A stretch of DNA of 64,000 nt from the human T2T-CHM13v2.0 reference genome, Homo sapiens: NCBI RefSeq assembly GCF_009914755.1, contig NC_060937.1. The stretch is one strand, 5' to 3'. Within the stretch, counting starts at the first letter, position 1; every line of letters starts with the position of its first letter. The notes under the pieces are model-generated. The model was not told the DNA's origin. It saw only the letters and a program-made list of their open reading frames with translations, and did not search any database. The position numbers and the translations under genes are program-made. Shown here one piece after another: positions 15,288-27,011 of this stretch.

Positions 15288-17654
15288 CATCCACTGTAAT
15301 AAATAAAATTATGAACCAAGTTTTATGCTTTAAGTAACTGATTTGTCAGTAACTAACTTACCTTCCATATTCTAACATAGACTATGTGTGTGTTTGTGTA
15401 TGTGTGCTGGATGTATGCAAATTTACAAATTATCAGCTAATCCCTTCCATCAGCTTAAGTGGGCAGTGATGAAAGTGTAGTCTTGTCCAATAGCAATAGA
15501 TTTATAAACACGGAGCTCAGTTTTGTAGGATGATTGAAGATGGGCAAGTGTGGAGTCACAAACATATTTAAATCCAGGATTCTTCAAATTCTTGCTTAAA
15601 TTTCGGCTCTGTTTATTTTCTCAGTGGGATTCAGATACTCTTGGGGAATAGTATTAGCCAAAAGTTACTGTTATAGCATTCACCAGACATAGAAGAGCCA
15701 TTTTTTTTCCTCCAAGACTTGCATGGATTACAGCCCAGAGTTAGTAAGCAGGACAGAGAAAGTGTCCTCTGGCCCTTACCACATCTATCTTTTGTACTGT
15801 ACTGAGTCTATCCAGTAGAAGGAAAGGATCAGAAAAAAGAAGTAAGAGATCAAGTTGATACAGACCTCAGTGAAGGGTTCATCCCATATGATAATTTTCA
15901 TTTGTTTTTTTGGTTTTTTATTATTCATAATTTAATTTGTTAAAAAAGAGAAGTTTAATTTGAAATCAGTGAGATTTGAAAACTTAAAAGACTACATATA
16001 AAAAAATGCTCAAGATACAGAAATTATAGATTAGGTGGAAAACCTCTCCACCGAAGAAGACGACTGCAGAATTTATTGGTAGAAGCTTAGGGACCTGGAA
16101 GAACAGGGAACATAATTTATGAGTTTGTTTTCTAGGACACTGTTTTGATAGTGGTGGCAGTAAAACTTTTTTTGAGATAAATTGGTAAAGCAGAAGGTTA
16201 GCTTCAATGTAATGCTGAATAAGACTTTGTAGACATGTTCGTAGCAACCTCAGAATGAGACTATCATTTGTAGAGCTTTATGTGGGACCTGCCTCAGAGA
16301 GGCCAGTATTTCCTAGAGTTTATTCTGAAGTAATTATTAGGAAAATTCTAAATTATTCTTGAGTAAATTATGAGCATAAACCTTTAAATTGGATAACTGT
16401 TTCAAAAAGCCAGGTTTTTTTTTTCTCTAGTAGTTTTTAAAACTTGTCTCTCTTCATCACTGTTATTTTCTTTAATATTTATAAGTAGATGCTGTGCTTG
16501 ATAAATCAGGCAGTTCTCAGGAATAATCCAGGTTGATAAAAAAAAAAATCCAGAATGAAGACATTACAAATACAATGAAGTGCACACAGAGTTATTTGGC
16601 AGCATTTTGGAAAATCTGACTCTGACAGTTGAGGTTTCTCCCCTGCCGACTCTCTGTATCTACTGAATAGAAACAGAAGGAATTAAGAGAAAGTGCCAGG
16701 AAAAATAGAAGCTGTTTGATATGACAGATTTAATTAGCTGACATGAGTACTATAATATACTAGCACTTTTAATAACATGACCTTCACTTGTTCCTCAGGG
16801 GACACAACATAACAAAGAGAAAGATCTTTCCTCTAAAGTGACAGCTGTTGATAATGTTCTGTATTTACACATTTTTCTTCCCTCTAAAAAGCACAACATC
16901 TCCTTAACATTGTGATATTCCTCTAAGGTTAATGGGTCTGAATTCACATTCCTAATAATTCAGCTTTTGCACAGTAGTCCAAGTTCATTGCAAAGTCAGG
17001 GGAATCGGGATTTTTTCCAAATCTAGGGCTTGGAAAGGCCACAGAAGAGGAATAGAGTGAAAAGCCACTGAGTTAAAAGATTAACGTTGATCCTAGATTA
17101 CCACAAAAGTCACCTAAATATTCTCCTAGTGTCTGTGCTACCTCCAGATTCTCAATTTACCTTGGCCTGCCTACAGATTTATTCTTTCTTAAAAGCATCT
17201 TTGATCACACTTGAGCCACATGTAGGGTTCCATAGCTTTCTATAACTAAAGGATAAATGCCACCTCCTTCTCCCCCTAGCCACTGCTTATCTTGCCACAC
17301 TTCCACACTCCTCAATTATGGAAAGTCCCCACTTCAGCCAGGCTGCTCTATGATCTCTCAGTCTGACATTACAGCCTCCCCATCCTTTCTCATAAAACCA
17401 CTCTCAAACACACCTGTGAAATGCTTATCTGCTTCTTCATACACATACTTTTCACTGATATCTTCCCCAAATAGTCTAGGAAAAGTGATTACCTTTCACT
17501 CTGAATTTCTGCAACACTCTGTATTTATAGTTAATAAACGTGTTTTACATGTCATAACCTGTTTTCTGAAGCCAGGGACAATTCCTAGTGCTTGAATTCT
17601 TGTTATTTAGTAATCCTCCAGTGGTTATATAAACAATCACTGGTATATTTACCA

Positions 17655-18040
17655 CCGTCTTAGTCCATTTGAGCTACTATAGCAAAATGCAGTAAACTGG
17701 GTACTAATAGAGTACATGAGCCATGGCAAGAAAAATGACAGAAATTTATTTCTCACAAATTCTGGAATTCAGGAAGTTCAAATCACTGGCAGATTCAGTG
17801 TCAGGTGAGGGTCTGCTTTGTGGTTCATACATGGTGCCTTCTTGCTGTGTCCTCACAAGGTAAGAAGTGAGCAAGGCAGCTCTCTGGCGCCTCTTTGATA
17901 AGGGGACTAACTTCATTCGTAAGGGCTCTACACTCATGACTCAATCACCTCCCAAAGGCCTCATCTCCCAACACCAACACATTAGTGAATTGGTTTCAGG
18001 ATATGAATTTTGAGGGTACACAAACATTCAGACCATAGCA
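17655..18040 (-). mobile_element. MLT1A-like MaLR solo LTR
   Basis: gtcttagtccatttgagctactatagc...agaaatttatttctcac...acacaaacattcagaccatagca. Confidence 0.85.
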
Positions 18041-18419
18041 ACTACCAAGTGTGAATAGTTATATGAACTTTGAGGTACAGATAATATAAACAATGTGGGG
18101 AATTTATTCTAATTATCTACAGATTTGTACCCAACAAAGTCATGAAAGTCACTCAAAAATCATGACGTTGGTGCCTCCCTACTGACCTGCCAGTGTCCTT
18201 GCCTGCTTCTTGGGTCTTCCCTTGTCTTGTTTCCTAGGACAGTAGCTGGACACCATTCTCCATAATAACCATATCATCAGATCTTATAGAATCTACCTAA
18301 TTTCCAGTCAGATATGCCTGGTACAGACCTTTCTGCTTAATGATTTTTTTAGCAACTGAAACTTTAAATAGCTGGATAAAATAATTTAGAAAGAATAAAT
18401 CTACATTGTGGATTGAATT

Positions 18420-18564
18420 ATTTTTTTCTTTCTTTCTTTTTTTGTTTTAGAGATAGGGCTTCACCATGCTGCCCAGTCTGGTCTTGGACTCCTGGGCTCA
18501 AGCAACCACCCGCCTCAACCTCCCAAAGTGCTGGGATTATAGGCATGAGCCACTGCAGCTGGCC
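18420..18564 (-). mobile_element. Alu monomer (FLAM_C-like)
   Basis: Single left arm with T-rich tail; TSD tggattgaat on both sides. Confidence 0.85.
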
Positions 18565-18599
18565 TGGATTGAATGTTTTAGAGCCCAGTGAACAATTAA

Positions 18600-18785
18600 C
18601 ATATAAAGAAAAGTAACTAACACTCTCTGAGTATCAGTGTATTCTAGGTGATAAGCAAGGCTCTTTATGAATAGTTATCATTTACTCCCAATTTTTAACA
18701 ATGAGGAAATTAAAACTCAGAGTGATTAATCAACCTACCCAGTCACACAAAGTAGCAAGGCTCAGATTTCTGCTTGATATGCTGC
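18600..18785 (-). mobile_element. MIR fragment
   Basis: ccccaatttttaacaatgaggaaattaaaactcagagtgattaatcaacctacccagtcacaca. Confidence 0.6.
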
Positions 18786-18794
18786 TTTTAAAAT

Positions 18795-20160
18795 AAGTTT
18801 CTGATTCTTTTATGTAAATATCTAGGTGATGTGTGGCTGAGTCGTATGATAGATGTGTTCAATTATTTTAGAAACTCTGGAACAATTTTCCTAGTGGTTT
18901 TATAATTTTACAGTATCACCAGCAGTTTATGAGTTTTCCAGTGCCATCACATTTTGCCAGAACTTTGTATTTTCAGTAATTTAAAATTTCAGCCACTCTA
19001 CTAGGCATCAACCTAAATAATAGACAAAGAGAGATTCTCCAAAGATAATCAGTTTATTTAGGAAGGAGCAGAAGCATTGCCATACAGAGTACACGAGCCA
19101 TGGCAACTATAGGCACAATTGAGGAGGTTGAGGCACAAGGAGGCTTTTAAAGGCAAAAGGAGGAGTCCATGTCAGTTATTTTGCAACAAAGAGAACAATG
19201 GTTAGAAGGGTTTATTGCAGGAGTTGACTGTCAGCTCATGAGTGGAGACTGTATCAGGCACAGGTTCTTATACTTATGGTTAAATGTCCTTGTGACTCAT
19301 GTAGCAAGTTGCAGTTTGGAAAATCTTTTACAAAAGTTTTTGTTACAGGCTTATGTGCATAAGAACCTTCAGAGAGTCTTTACAATAGTTCTTATCACAG
19401 GCATGTTTGCATGAGGGTTTTCCCTTTCTAATCTCCTGACTTTATTTTGAGTTTAACACAAGTGACTCCATGTTTGTATGGATAACTTTCACATCGGTGT
19501 GGATTAGTATTTTAATGATGCTTTTAAGTGCATTCTTCTAGTGACAAATTATATTGATCATTTTCTCATATGCTTATTAGCCATTCATGTATTTTCTTTC
19601 ATGAAATGCCTGCTCAAATCTCTTGGCCATTTTTATTGGATTATTTATCATATGTCCTCACAAAGACTTCAACATGAATGCTTTAGCTATTTTATTTATA
19701 ATTCCAAGAAACAATAAACAAACCAAATGTTCAATAACAGTTGAATTTTGAATGGACAAATAACATATAAGCTATATCCAGGCAATGAATATTAGACAAT
19801 AACAAGAAACTAGTGATACATACAGCAAAATGAATGAATCTCAATATCATTGCACAGGGTGAAAGAAGTGATACCCAAAGAGAAAATACTGTAGGATTCC
19901 ACCTATATAAAAATAGAAGAATAAACAGCCAGATGCAGATATATAAATACATAATTTCAAAAAGTGCAAATTAATTTATAGTGACATAAAGCAAATTAGC
20001 AACTGAGTGAAGTCCTAGTTAGTGGACATCTCGAGGGTGATGAACATGTTTTGTTATTTCATTGTAGCAACGATATTGAAGAAGTATACATCTGTCAAAA
20101 CTCATCAAATTGTACACTTTAAGCAGTAGCAGGAATTATACCTCAGGTTAAAAATAAAGA
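18795..20160 (+). mobile_element. Old L1M 3' end with inverted 5' part (antisense 18795-19650, sense 19651-20160), split by a MER67 LTR
   Basis: Antisense piece ends (read in sense) ...cctagatatttacataaaagaatcagaaacttat; sense piece begins tatgtcctcacaaagacttcaacatgaatg, the next L1 segment, and ends ctcatcaaattgtacactttaa plus A-rich tail. Confidence 0.7.
19006..19493 (-). mobile_element. MER67-like ERV1 solo LTR
   Basis: Termini tcaacctaaataa... and ...taacacaagtgactccatgtttgtatggataactttcaca; degenerate 4-bp TSD tagg/tcgg. Confidence 0.75.
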
Positions 20161-20164
20161 AAAA

Positions 20165-20222
20165 GATAGATAAATAGACACATAGGTAGATAGATAAATA
20201 CATACATACATGCATACATATC
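20165..20222. repeat. (TAGA)n/(TACA)n imperfect microsatellite
   Basis: Directly visible, adjoining the L1 tail. Confidence 0.7.
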
Positions 20223-21642
20223 AGAGACAGATCAAACAAAATAAGATTCTAGTGTTATCATTCTCACTGTGTCGAAAGAGACTACAGTGTCTCTATCCAG
20301 AAATAGCTCTACCCTGAATTTGATCTTATCTTGTTGCTACCTTTTGTATCCTGTTATTTCAATGCCATTTACTTATTTTCCTGTAATTCCCATAAACTAA
20401 CATATTAAAATTCTGTTTATGATTGCTCATGTTTAGGACATTAAGTTCAGTGTCAACATTGTTTTTAAAGTTGTAAGGTATTCTTTCTCTTTTTGTACTA
20501 TATACTAAAAATACTCTATTTTAAGAATGGTATTTAAATGGTATTTAAATACTCCATTTTAAGAATGGTATTCTCTGCTAATGTGTACATATAATACTCC
20601 TGAGAATTATCAGGAAATGGATTTTCTCTGCCATTTACCATTCCAGGATGAGCAATTCTATATTCACAATGACTTCAACAGGAAAAGGAAAATTTTTAGT
20701 TTCAGCATTATCTTAAAAACAAAAAGTCATCCCTATCATGCAGTGATTATTGATAAGCTGACAAAGGAATAAAAACGGTAAAACACCTGCAGCCTCCTGA
20801 GCCTTAACAGTCTTATGTTCTTTTGCAGATATACTGGCACCATAAAAAGAATATCTTTAATGTAAAAATGTTTTTAGATTCCAAAGGCAAGAGTGTCTGA
20901 TGATGAGATTCTTGTATCACTCAAATAATTTCACTTCTGTTCCATCTTCTACTCAAGGGCCAAGTTCTGCTCACAGACTGTATCTATCTTCAGAATGCAA
21001 AATACATTGCCAGAATTTTCTAAAGAAACTATGCAAAACATTAATATTAAACCAGTAACTCCAAACTAAAGACAGTCTTTGTCACCTCAATGAGATTGAT
21101 TTTATGGTTATTATGACAGAAAATATGGAAACAAAAAAAAAAACTACCAATAGCTCTCTTCACACTGTGAGAGATACCAACACTTTTTAACATACACAAA
21201 AAAAATCTGAAAAATAGTTCTCTTTAGAATTGTTAATTTGCTTCAGAATCAGAAATAAACTGCAATACATTACAGAGGCCAGTATTAATGCCCCAGCATC
21301 ATCACAACAGATACATCTCTCATTCCTATAAAGTTCTAATACCTGAAGGAAAAACATATTCAAGAAGAAATCTAACTGCAACTGAGGGGGTACTCTAGCT
21401 TAATCATGACATTTTGAAAATGAGTGTTCAACCTAATTCTTAACTTAAATGAGACTGGGTGATTTCCACATTTTCACATGTAGCCATGGGTCAGCAAATC
21501 ATTTGGAGGACTACCTCTAATAAATGAGGTACAATACAAATATAAAAATTTCCACAAGTTAAACTTGGGTTCTTGTATTTTATGATCCTAATACTTCAGC
21601 TATCCTCATATGATTTTTCTGATTAAAGAAAAAAAAAGATTC

Positions 21643-21767
21643 GGCCAGGCGCGGTGGCTCTCACCTGTAATCCCGGCACTTTGGGAAGCCAAGATGGGCG
21701 GATCACGAGGTCAAGAGACCAAGACCACCCTGGCTAACACAGTGAAACCCCGCCTCTGCTAAAAATA

Positions 21768-21803
<36 letters not shown>

Positions 21804-22087
21804 AGCCGGGCGTGGTGGCGGGCGCCTGTAATCCCAGCACTTTGGGAGACCGAGGCTGGCGGATCATGACATCAGGAGATGGAGTCCATCCTAGCTAACA
21901 CGGTGAAACCCTGTCTCTTTAAAAATACAAAAAATTAGCCGGGCGTGGTGGTGGGTGCTGTAGCCCCAGCTACTCGAATGGCATGAACCCGGGAGGCAGA
22001 GCTTGCAGTGAGCCACGATGGCGCCACTGCACTCCAGGCTGGGCAACAGAGCGAGACTCCATCTAAAAAAAAAAAAAAAAAAAAAAA
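21643..22087 (+). mobile_element. Three-armed (left-left-right) AluY-like element
   Basis: Two left monomers, the first followed by a >30-nt A run, then a right monomer with an internal deletion; one TSD aaaaaaagattc flanks the whole. Confidence 0.9.
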
Positions 22088-22266
22088 GATTCCATTTATC
22101 TGCTCTACCTCTGAATAGAGCAACAGTATCTTTTTCTTTGGAAAGATATCCATAAATTTCTGCATTTTATGGTTAACAAGTTGCAAGTTAACTCCTCCTT
22201 AAAATGACTCTTCTGTCTAGACCATAATATTTTTAATGGAGAAAATATTATCTTCAAAGGTGCTGA

Positions 22267-23546
22267 TGAGAGGTGACAGCATGCTGGCAGTCCTCACAGC
22301 CCTTGCTGGCTCTCGGCGCCTCCTCTGCCTGGGCTCCCACTTTGGTGGCACTTGAGCCCTTCAGCCCGCCGCTGCACTGTGGGAGCCCCTTTGTGGGCTG
22401 GCCAAGGCTGGAGCCGGCTCCCTCAGCTTGCGGAAAGGTGTGGAGGGAGAGGCTCCCGCGGGAACCGGGGCTGCGCATGGTGCTTGACGGCCAGCGTGAG
22501 TTCTGGGTGGGCGTGGGCTCGGCAGACCCCGCACTGGGAGCAGCTGGCCGGCCCCACCGGCCCCGGGCAGTGAGGGACTTAGCACCTGGCCAGCAGCTGC
22601 TGTGCTCAATTTCTCACTGGGCCTTAGCTGCCTTCCCGCAGGGGAGGGCTCTGGACCTGCAGCCCGCCATGCCTGAGCCTCACCCCCCTCCGTGGGCTCC
22701 TGTGCGGCGGAGCCTCCCAGACGAGCACTGCCCCCTGCTCCAGGGCGCCCAGTCCTCAAGGGCTGAGGAGTGCGGGCGCACGGTGCGGGACTGGCAGGCA
22801 GCTCCACCTGCAGCTCCACCTGCAGCCCCACTGCGGATCCACTGGGTGAAGCCAGCTGGGCTCCTTAGTGTGGTGGGGATGTGGAGAACCTTTATGTCTA
22901 GCTCAGGGATTGTAAATACACCAATCGGCACTCTGCATCTAGCTCAAGGTTTGTAAACACACCAATCAGCACCCTGTGTCTAGCTCAGGGTTTGTGAATG
23001 CACCAATCAACACTCTGTATCTAGCTACTCTGGTGGGGACTTGGAGAACCTTTGTGTCCACACTCTGTATCTAGCTAATCTGGTGGGGAGGTGGAGAACC
23101 TTTGTGTCTAGCTCAGGGATTGTAAATTTACCAATCAGCGCCCTGTCAAAACAGACCACTGGGCTCTACCAATCAGCAGGATGTGGATGGGGCCAGATAA
23201 GAGAATAAAAGCAGGCTGCCAAGCCAACAGTGGCAACCTGCTCGGGTTCACTTCTACACTGTGGAAGCTGTGTTCTTTCGCTCTTTGCAATAAATCCTGC
23301 TGCTGCTCGCTCTTTGGGTCCGCACTGCTTCTGTGAGCTGTAACACTCACCACGAAGGTCTGCAGCTTTACTCCTGAAGCCAGCGAGACCATGAACCCAC
23401 CAGAAGGAAGAAACTCCGAACACATCCGAACATCAGAAGGAACAAACTCCAGACGCGCCGCCTTAAGAGCTGTAACACTCACCGCCAGGGTCTGCGGCTT
23501 CATTCCTGAAGTCAGTGAGAGCAAGAACCCACCAATTCCGGACACA
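22267..23546 (+). mobile_element. LTR12C-like (HERV9) solo LTR
   Basis: Starts TGAGAGGTGACAGC, ends CCAATTCCGGACACA; 4-bp TSD ctga; CpG-rich U3, ~41-bp tandem repeats, CCAAT boxes (22921, 22962, 23003, 23132, 23169), agataagagaataaaag promoter core, AATAAA at ~23289. Confidence 0.95.
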
Positions 23547-23972
23547 CTGAGGTACCTGGTAAAAGCAAATTAAATTCTGTACAATGAAATATATTCTCAA
23601 TACTTTATAGCATTTATACTGAAATATAAAATATTTTAGTTTACACTTTTTTTCAAAAGGCTCTTTGCCTCTTTTCAAAATATCTTGCTTTAATGTTTCA
23701 TAAGAATATGCACATAAGTTTCAACTTATGATGACTTTTTTCCTAAATTTAAACGATGAAAAATGGTAGACTTCATCAATTTTGTTTCATTTTAACAAAA
23801 GTATACATTTATTCAATTAAAATGTTTTTTATTCTTGAAGAGTTTCAGAGAAAAATGGATGTGATTTACTTTTTAATAGTTACAGGCTATTTGTAATTCA
23901 TTATGGCAAAAAGTATACAGCTCCATTTATGATGATGGAATAAATTTCTCTTTTAAAATAAACTTATTTAAG

Positions 23973-26010
23973 ATTGTTTATCAATTCTAGTAGCCTTTTG
24001 GCAGTCTTTCATAGTGTTCTAAGAATAGAATCATATTGTCAGCGAAGAAAGATAGTGTTACTTCCTATTTTGCTATTGAGTGTCTTTTATTTCTTTCTCT
24101 TGCTTGATTGTTCTAGCCAGGACTTCCAGTACTATGATGAATAGGAGTAGTAAGAAGGGGCATCTTTGTCTTTTTCCAGTTTGATAAACGATTCTAGCGA
24201 GGTTTCAGGGCACAAAATTAATGTACAATAATCAATAGTATTTCTAGAATGCACATTTATGTACATAATGTCCAGGCTGAGAGTCAAATCAAAAACATGA
24301 TTCCGTTTACAATAGCCACAAAGAAAATGAAATACCTTCGAATGCATCTAACCAAAACACTGCTAAAACAGATAAATGCTAAACACTGCTAAAACTGCTA
24401 AACAAATAAATGGAAATATATTCCATGTTCATAATTGGAAGAATCAGTATCGTTAAAACTGTCATACTGCCCAAAGCAATTTAAAGATTCGACACTAGTC
24501 TTATCAATCTACCAATGTCATTCTTCACAGAATTAGAAAAAACGACTCTAAAACTCATGTGGAAACAAAAAAGACCCCAAATAGCAGTGGCAAGCCTAAG
24601 TAAAAAGAACAAAGCCAGAGACATCACACTACCCAACTTCAAATTACACTATAAGGCTAAGTAACCAAAACAGCATGGTACTGGTACAAAAAAAGGACAC
24701 AGACCGATGAAACAGAATAGAAAACTTAGAAATAAAGCCATACATCTGATCTTTGACAAAGTTAATAAAAACAACAGGGAAAAAACTCTCTATTCAATAA
24801 ACAGTGCTGGGATAACTGGCTAGTCATATGCAGAAGAATGAAACTAGACCTTTACCTTTCACTATATACAAAAATTAACTCAAGATAGATAGATTAAAGA
24901 TTTAAATGTAAGATCTCAAAATCCTAGAAGAAAACCTAGAAATTACCCTTCTTGACATTGGCCTTGGCAAAGAGTTTTTTGCTAAGTTTCCAAAAGCAAT
25001 GGTAACAAATACAAAAATTGACAAGTGGAACCTAATTAAACTAAAGAGCTTTTGCACAGCAAAAGAAATGATCAATAAAGTAAAGAGAAAACCTACAGAT
25101 TGGGAGAAAATATTAGCAAACTATGTGGCCAATAAAGGTGTAATATCCAGAATCTATAAGAAACTTAAACAAATTAACAAGCAAAAAATAAATAACCCCA
25201 TTAAAAAGTAGGCAAAGGACATGAACAGACACTTCTTGAAAGACTTAGAAGTAGCCAACAAACATTTGAAAAAATGCTCGTCACCACTAATCATCAGAGA
25301 AATGCAAATCAAAACCACAATGAGATACCATTTCACACCATTCAGAAAGGCTATTATTAAAAAGTCAAAAAATAACAGATGCTGGTGAGGCTGCAGAGAA
25401 AAGGGAATGCTTATACACTGCTGGTGAGAAGGTAAATTAATTTAGCAACTGGGGGAAGAAGCTTGGTGATTTTTCAAAGAACTTAAAATAGAGTTACCAT
25501 TTGGCCCAGCAATCTCATTACTGAGTATATTCCCAAAGGAAAATAGATCGTTATATCAAAAAGACACATCCACTCAAATGTTCATCACAGCACTATTTGC
25601 AGTAGCAAAGACATGGAATCCGCCTAGGCCTCCATCAGTGGTGGTTTGGATAAAGAGACTGTGGTATATATATATATATCATGGAATACTACACAGCTAT
25701 GAAAAAGAATAAAAACTTACCCTTTGCAGAAATGAATAGAGCTGGAGGCCATAATCCTGAGTGAATTAATGCAGGAGCAGAAAAGCAAATACTATATGTT
25801 CTCACTTACAAGTGGGAGCTAAAAACTGAGCAAACATGGACATAAATATGGGAATAATAGACACTGTGGACTACCACAGTGGGGAGAGAGGGAGGGAGCC
25901 CTGGGTTGAAAAGCTACCTCTTGAGTACTATGCTCACTCCCTGGGTGCAATATACCCATGTAACAAACCTGCATATGTACCCCTGTATCTAAAAGTTGAA
26001 ATTAAAAAAC
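23973..26010 (+). mobile_element. 5'-inverted L1 (L1PA15/16-L1PB-like): antisense 23973-24180, sense 24181-26010
   Basis: ORF2 remnant [18 protein letters not shown]; 3'UTR aacaaacctgcatatgtacccc; both segments share ttgataaac(a/g)at; degenerate TSD aaacttatttaag/aaatgtattcaag. Confidence 0.9.
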
Positions 26011-26307
26011 AGTTAAATAAAAAATGTATTCAAGTTGAAAACAGTGGATTTAAAATATTGCATGAATAATTGTAAATTATAATTTAATTGAGCAAATTAT
26101 AGCCAGAGCTGTGACATGGTACAAAAATGATGGGAGTTTAAAAAACAGGGTTTAATAAAAGTCTCAATTTTAAAAGAAAACATATATACATATATGTATA
26201 TGCCCTATCAAAAGATTTCTCCCACATGTGAAGACATTCCAAATAATATTGTAGACTTTCAGAATTAAGTTTTAAACTCTACTTGCACTAGCATAATCAT
26301 AATTTAA

Positions 26308-26709
<402 letters not shown>

Positions 26710-26971
26710 TAAGATACACTAATGTTTCAAAACAGAAGTTTTTAGTGTTTCATTTGTGGAACATTTTGATGCAAAATATTTTAATTTATGTATTTATTTT
26801 TTAAAAACTCATGTGAGATTTATTCATTTTTGTTGCTCTTAGAAATGCACTGAGCACTATGGTAGCACAACTGGAAGAGTAGGCAGATGGAGTGGATTAA
26901 GGAGAGAACTGATGTGGCTTGGTCCTAGATTCTCCTGCCGCAGACCCTAAGCACATTAACTGGAAAAGACA

Positions 26972-27011
26972 ACACACACACACACACACACACACATACA
27001 CACACACACAC
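26972..27011. repeat. (CA)n microsatellite
   Basis: About 20 units with one TA interruption. Confidence 0.95.

Noticed and set aside
20829-20862. ctggcaccataaaaagaatatc resembling the CFTR F508-region exon, after an AG acceptor
   Set aside because: Similarity is ~20 nt with mismatches and does not extend; no donor site.
21187-21381. Strong minus-strand acceptor (tttttccttcag) near 21343
   Set aside because: No matching donor or coding signal; such acceptors are common in AT-rich DNA. Same for plus-strand acceptors near 53819 and 59270.
22254-23678. Overlapping ORFs up to 227 aa
   Set aside because: Expected from the GC-rich, stop-poor LTR12C.
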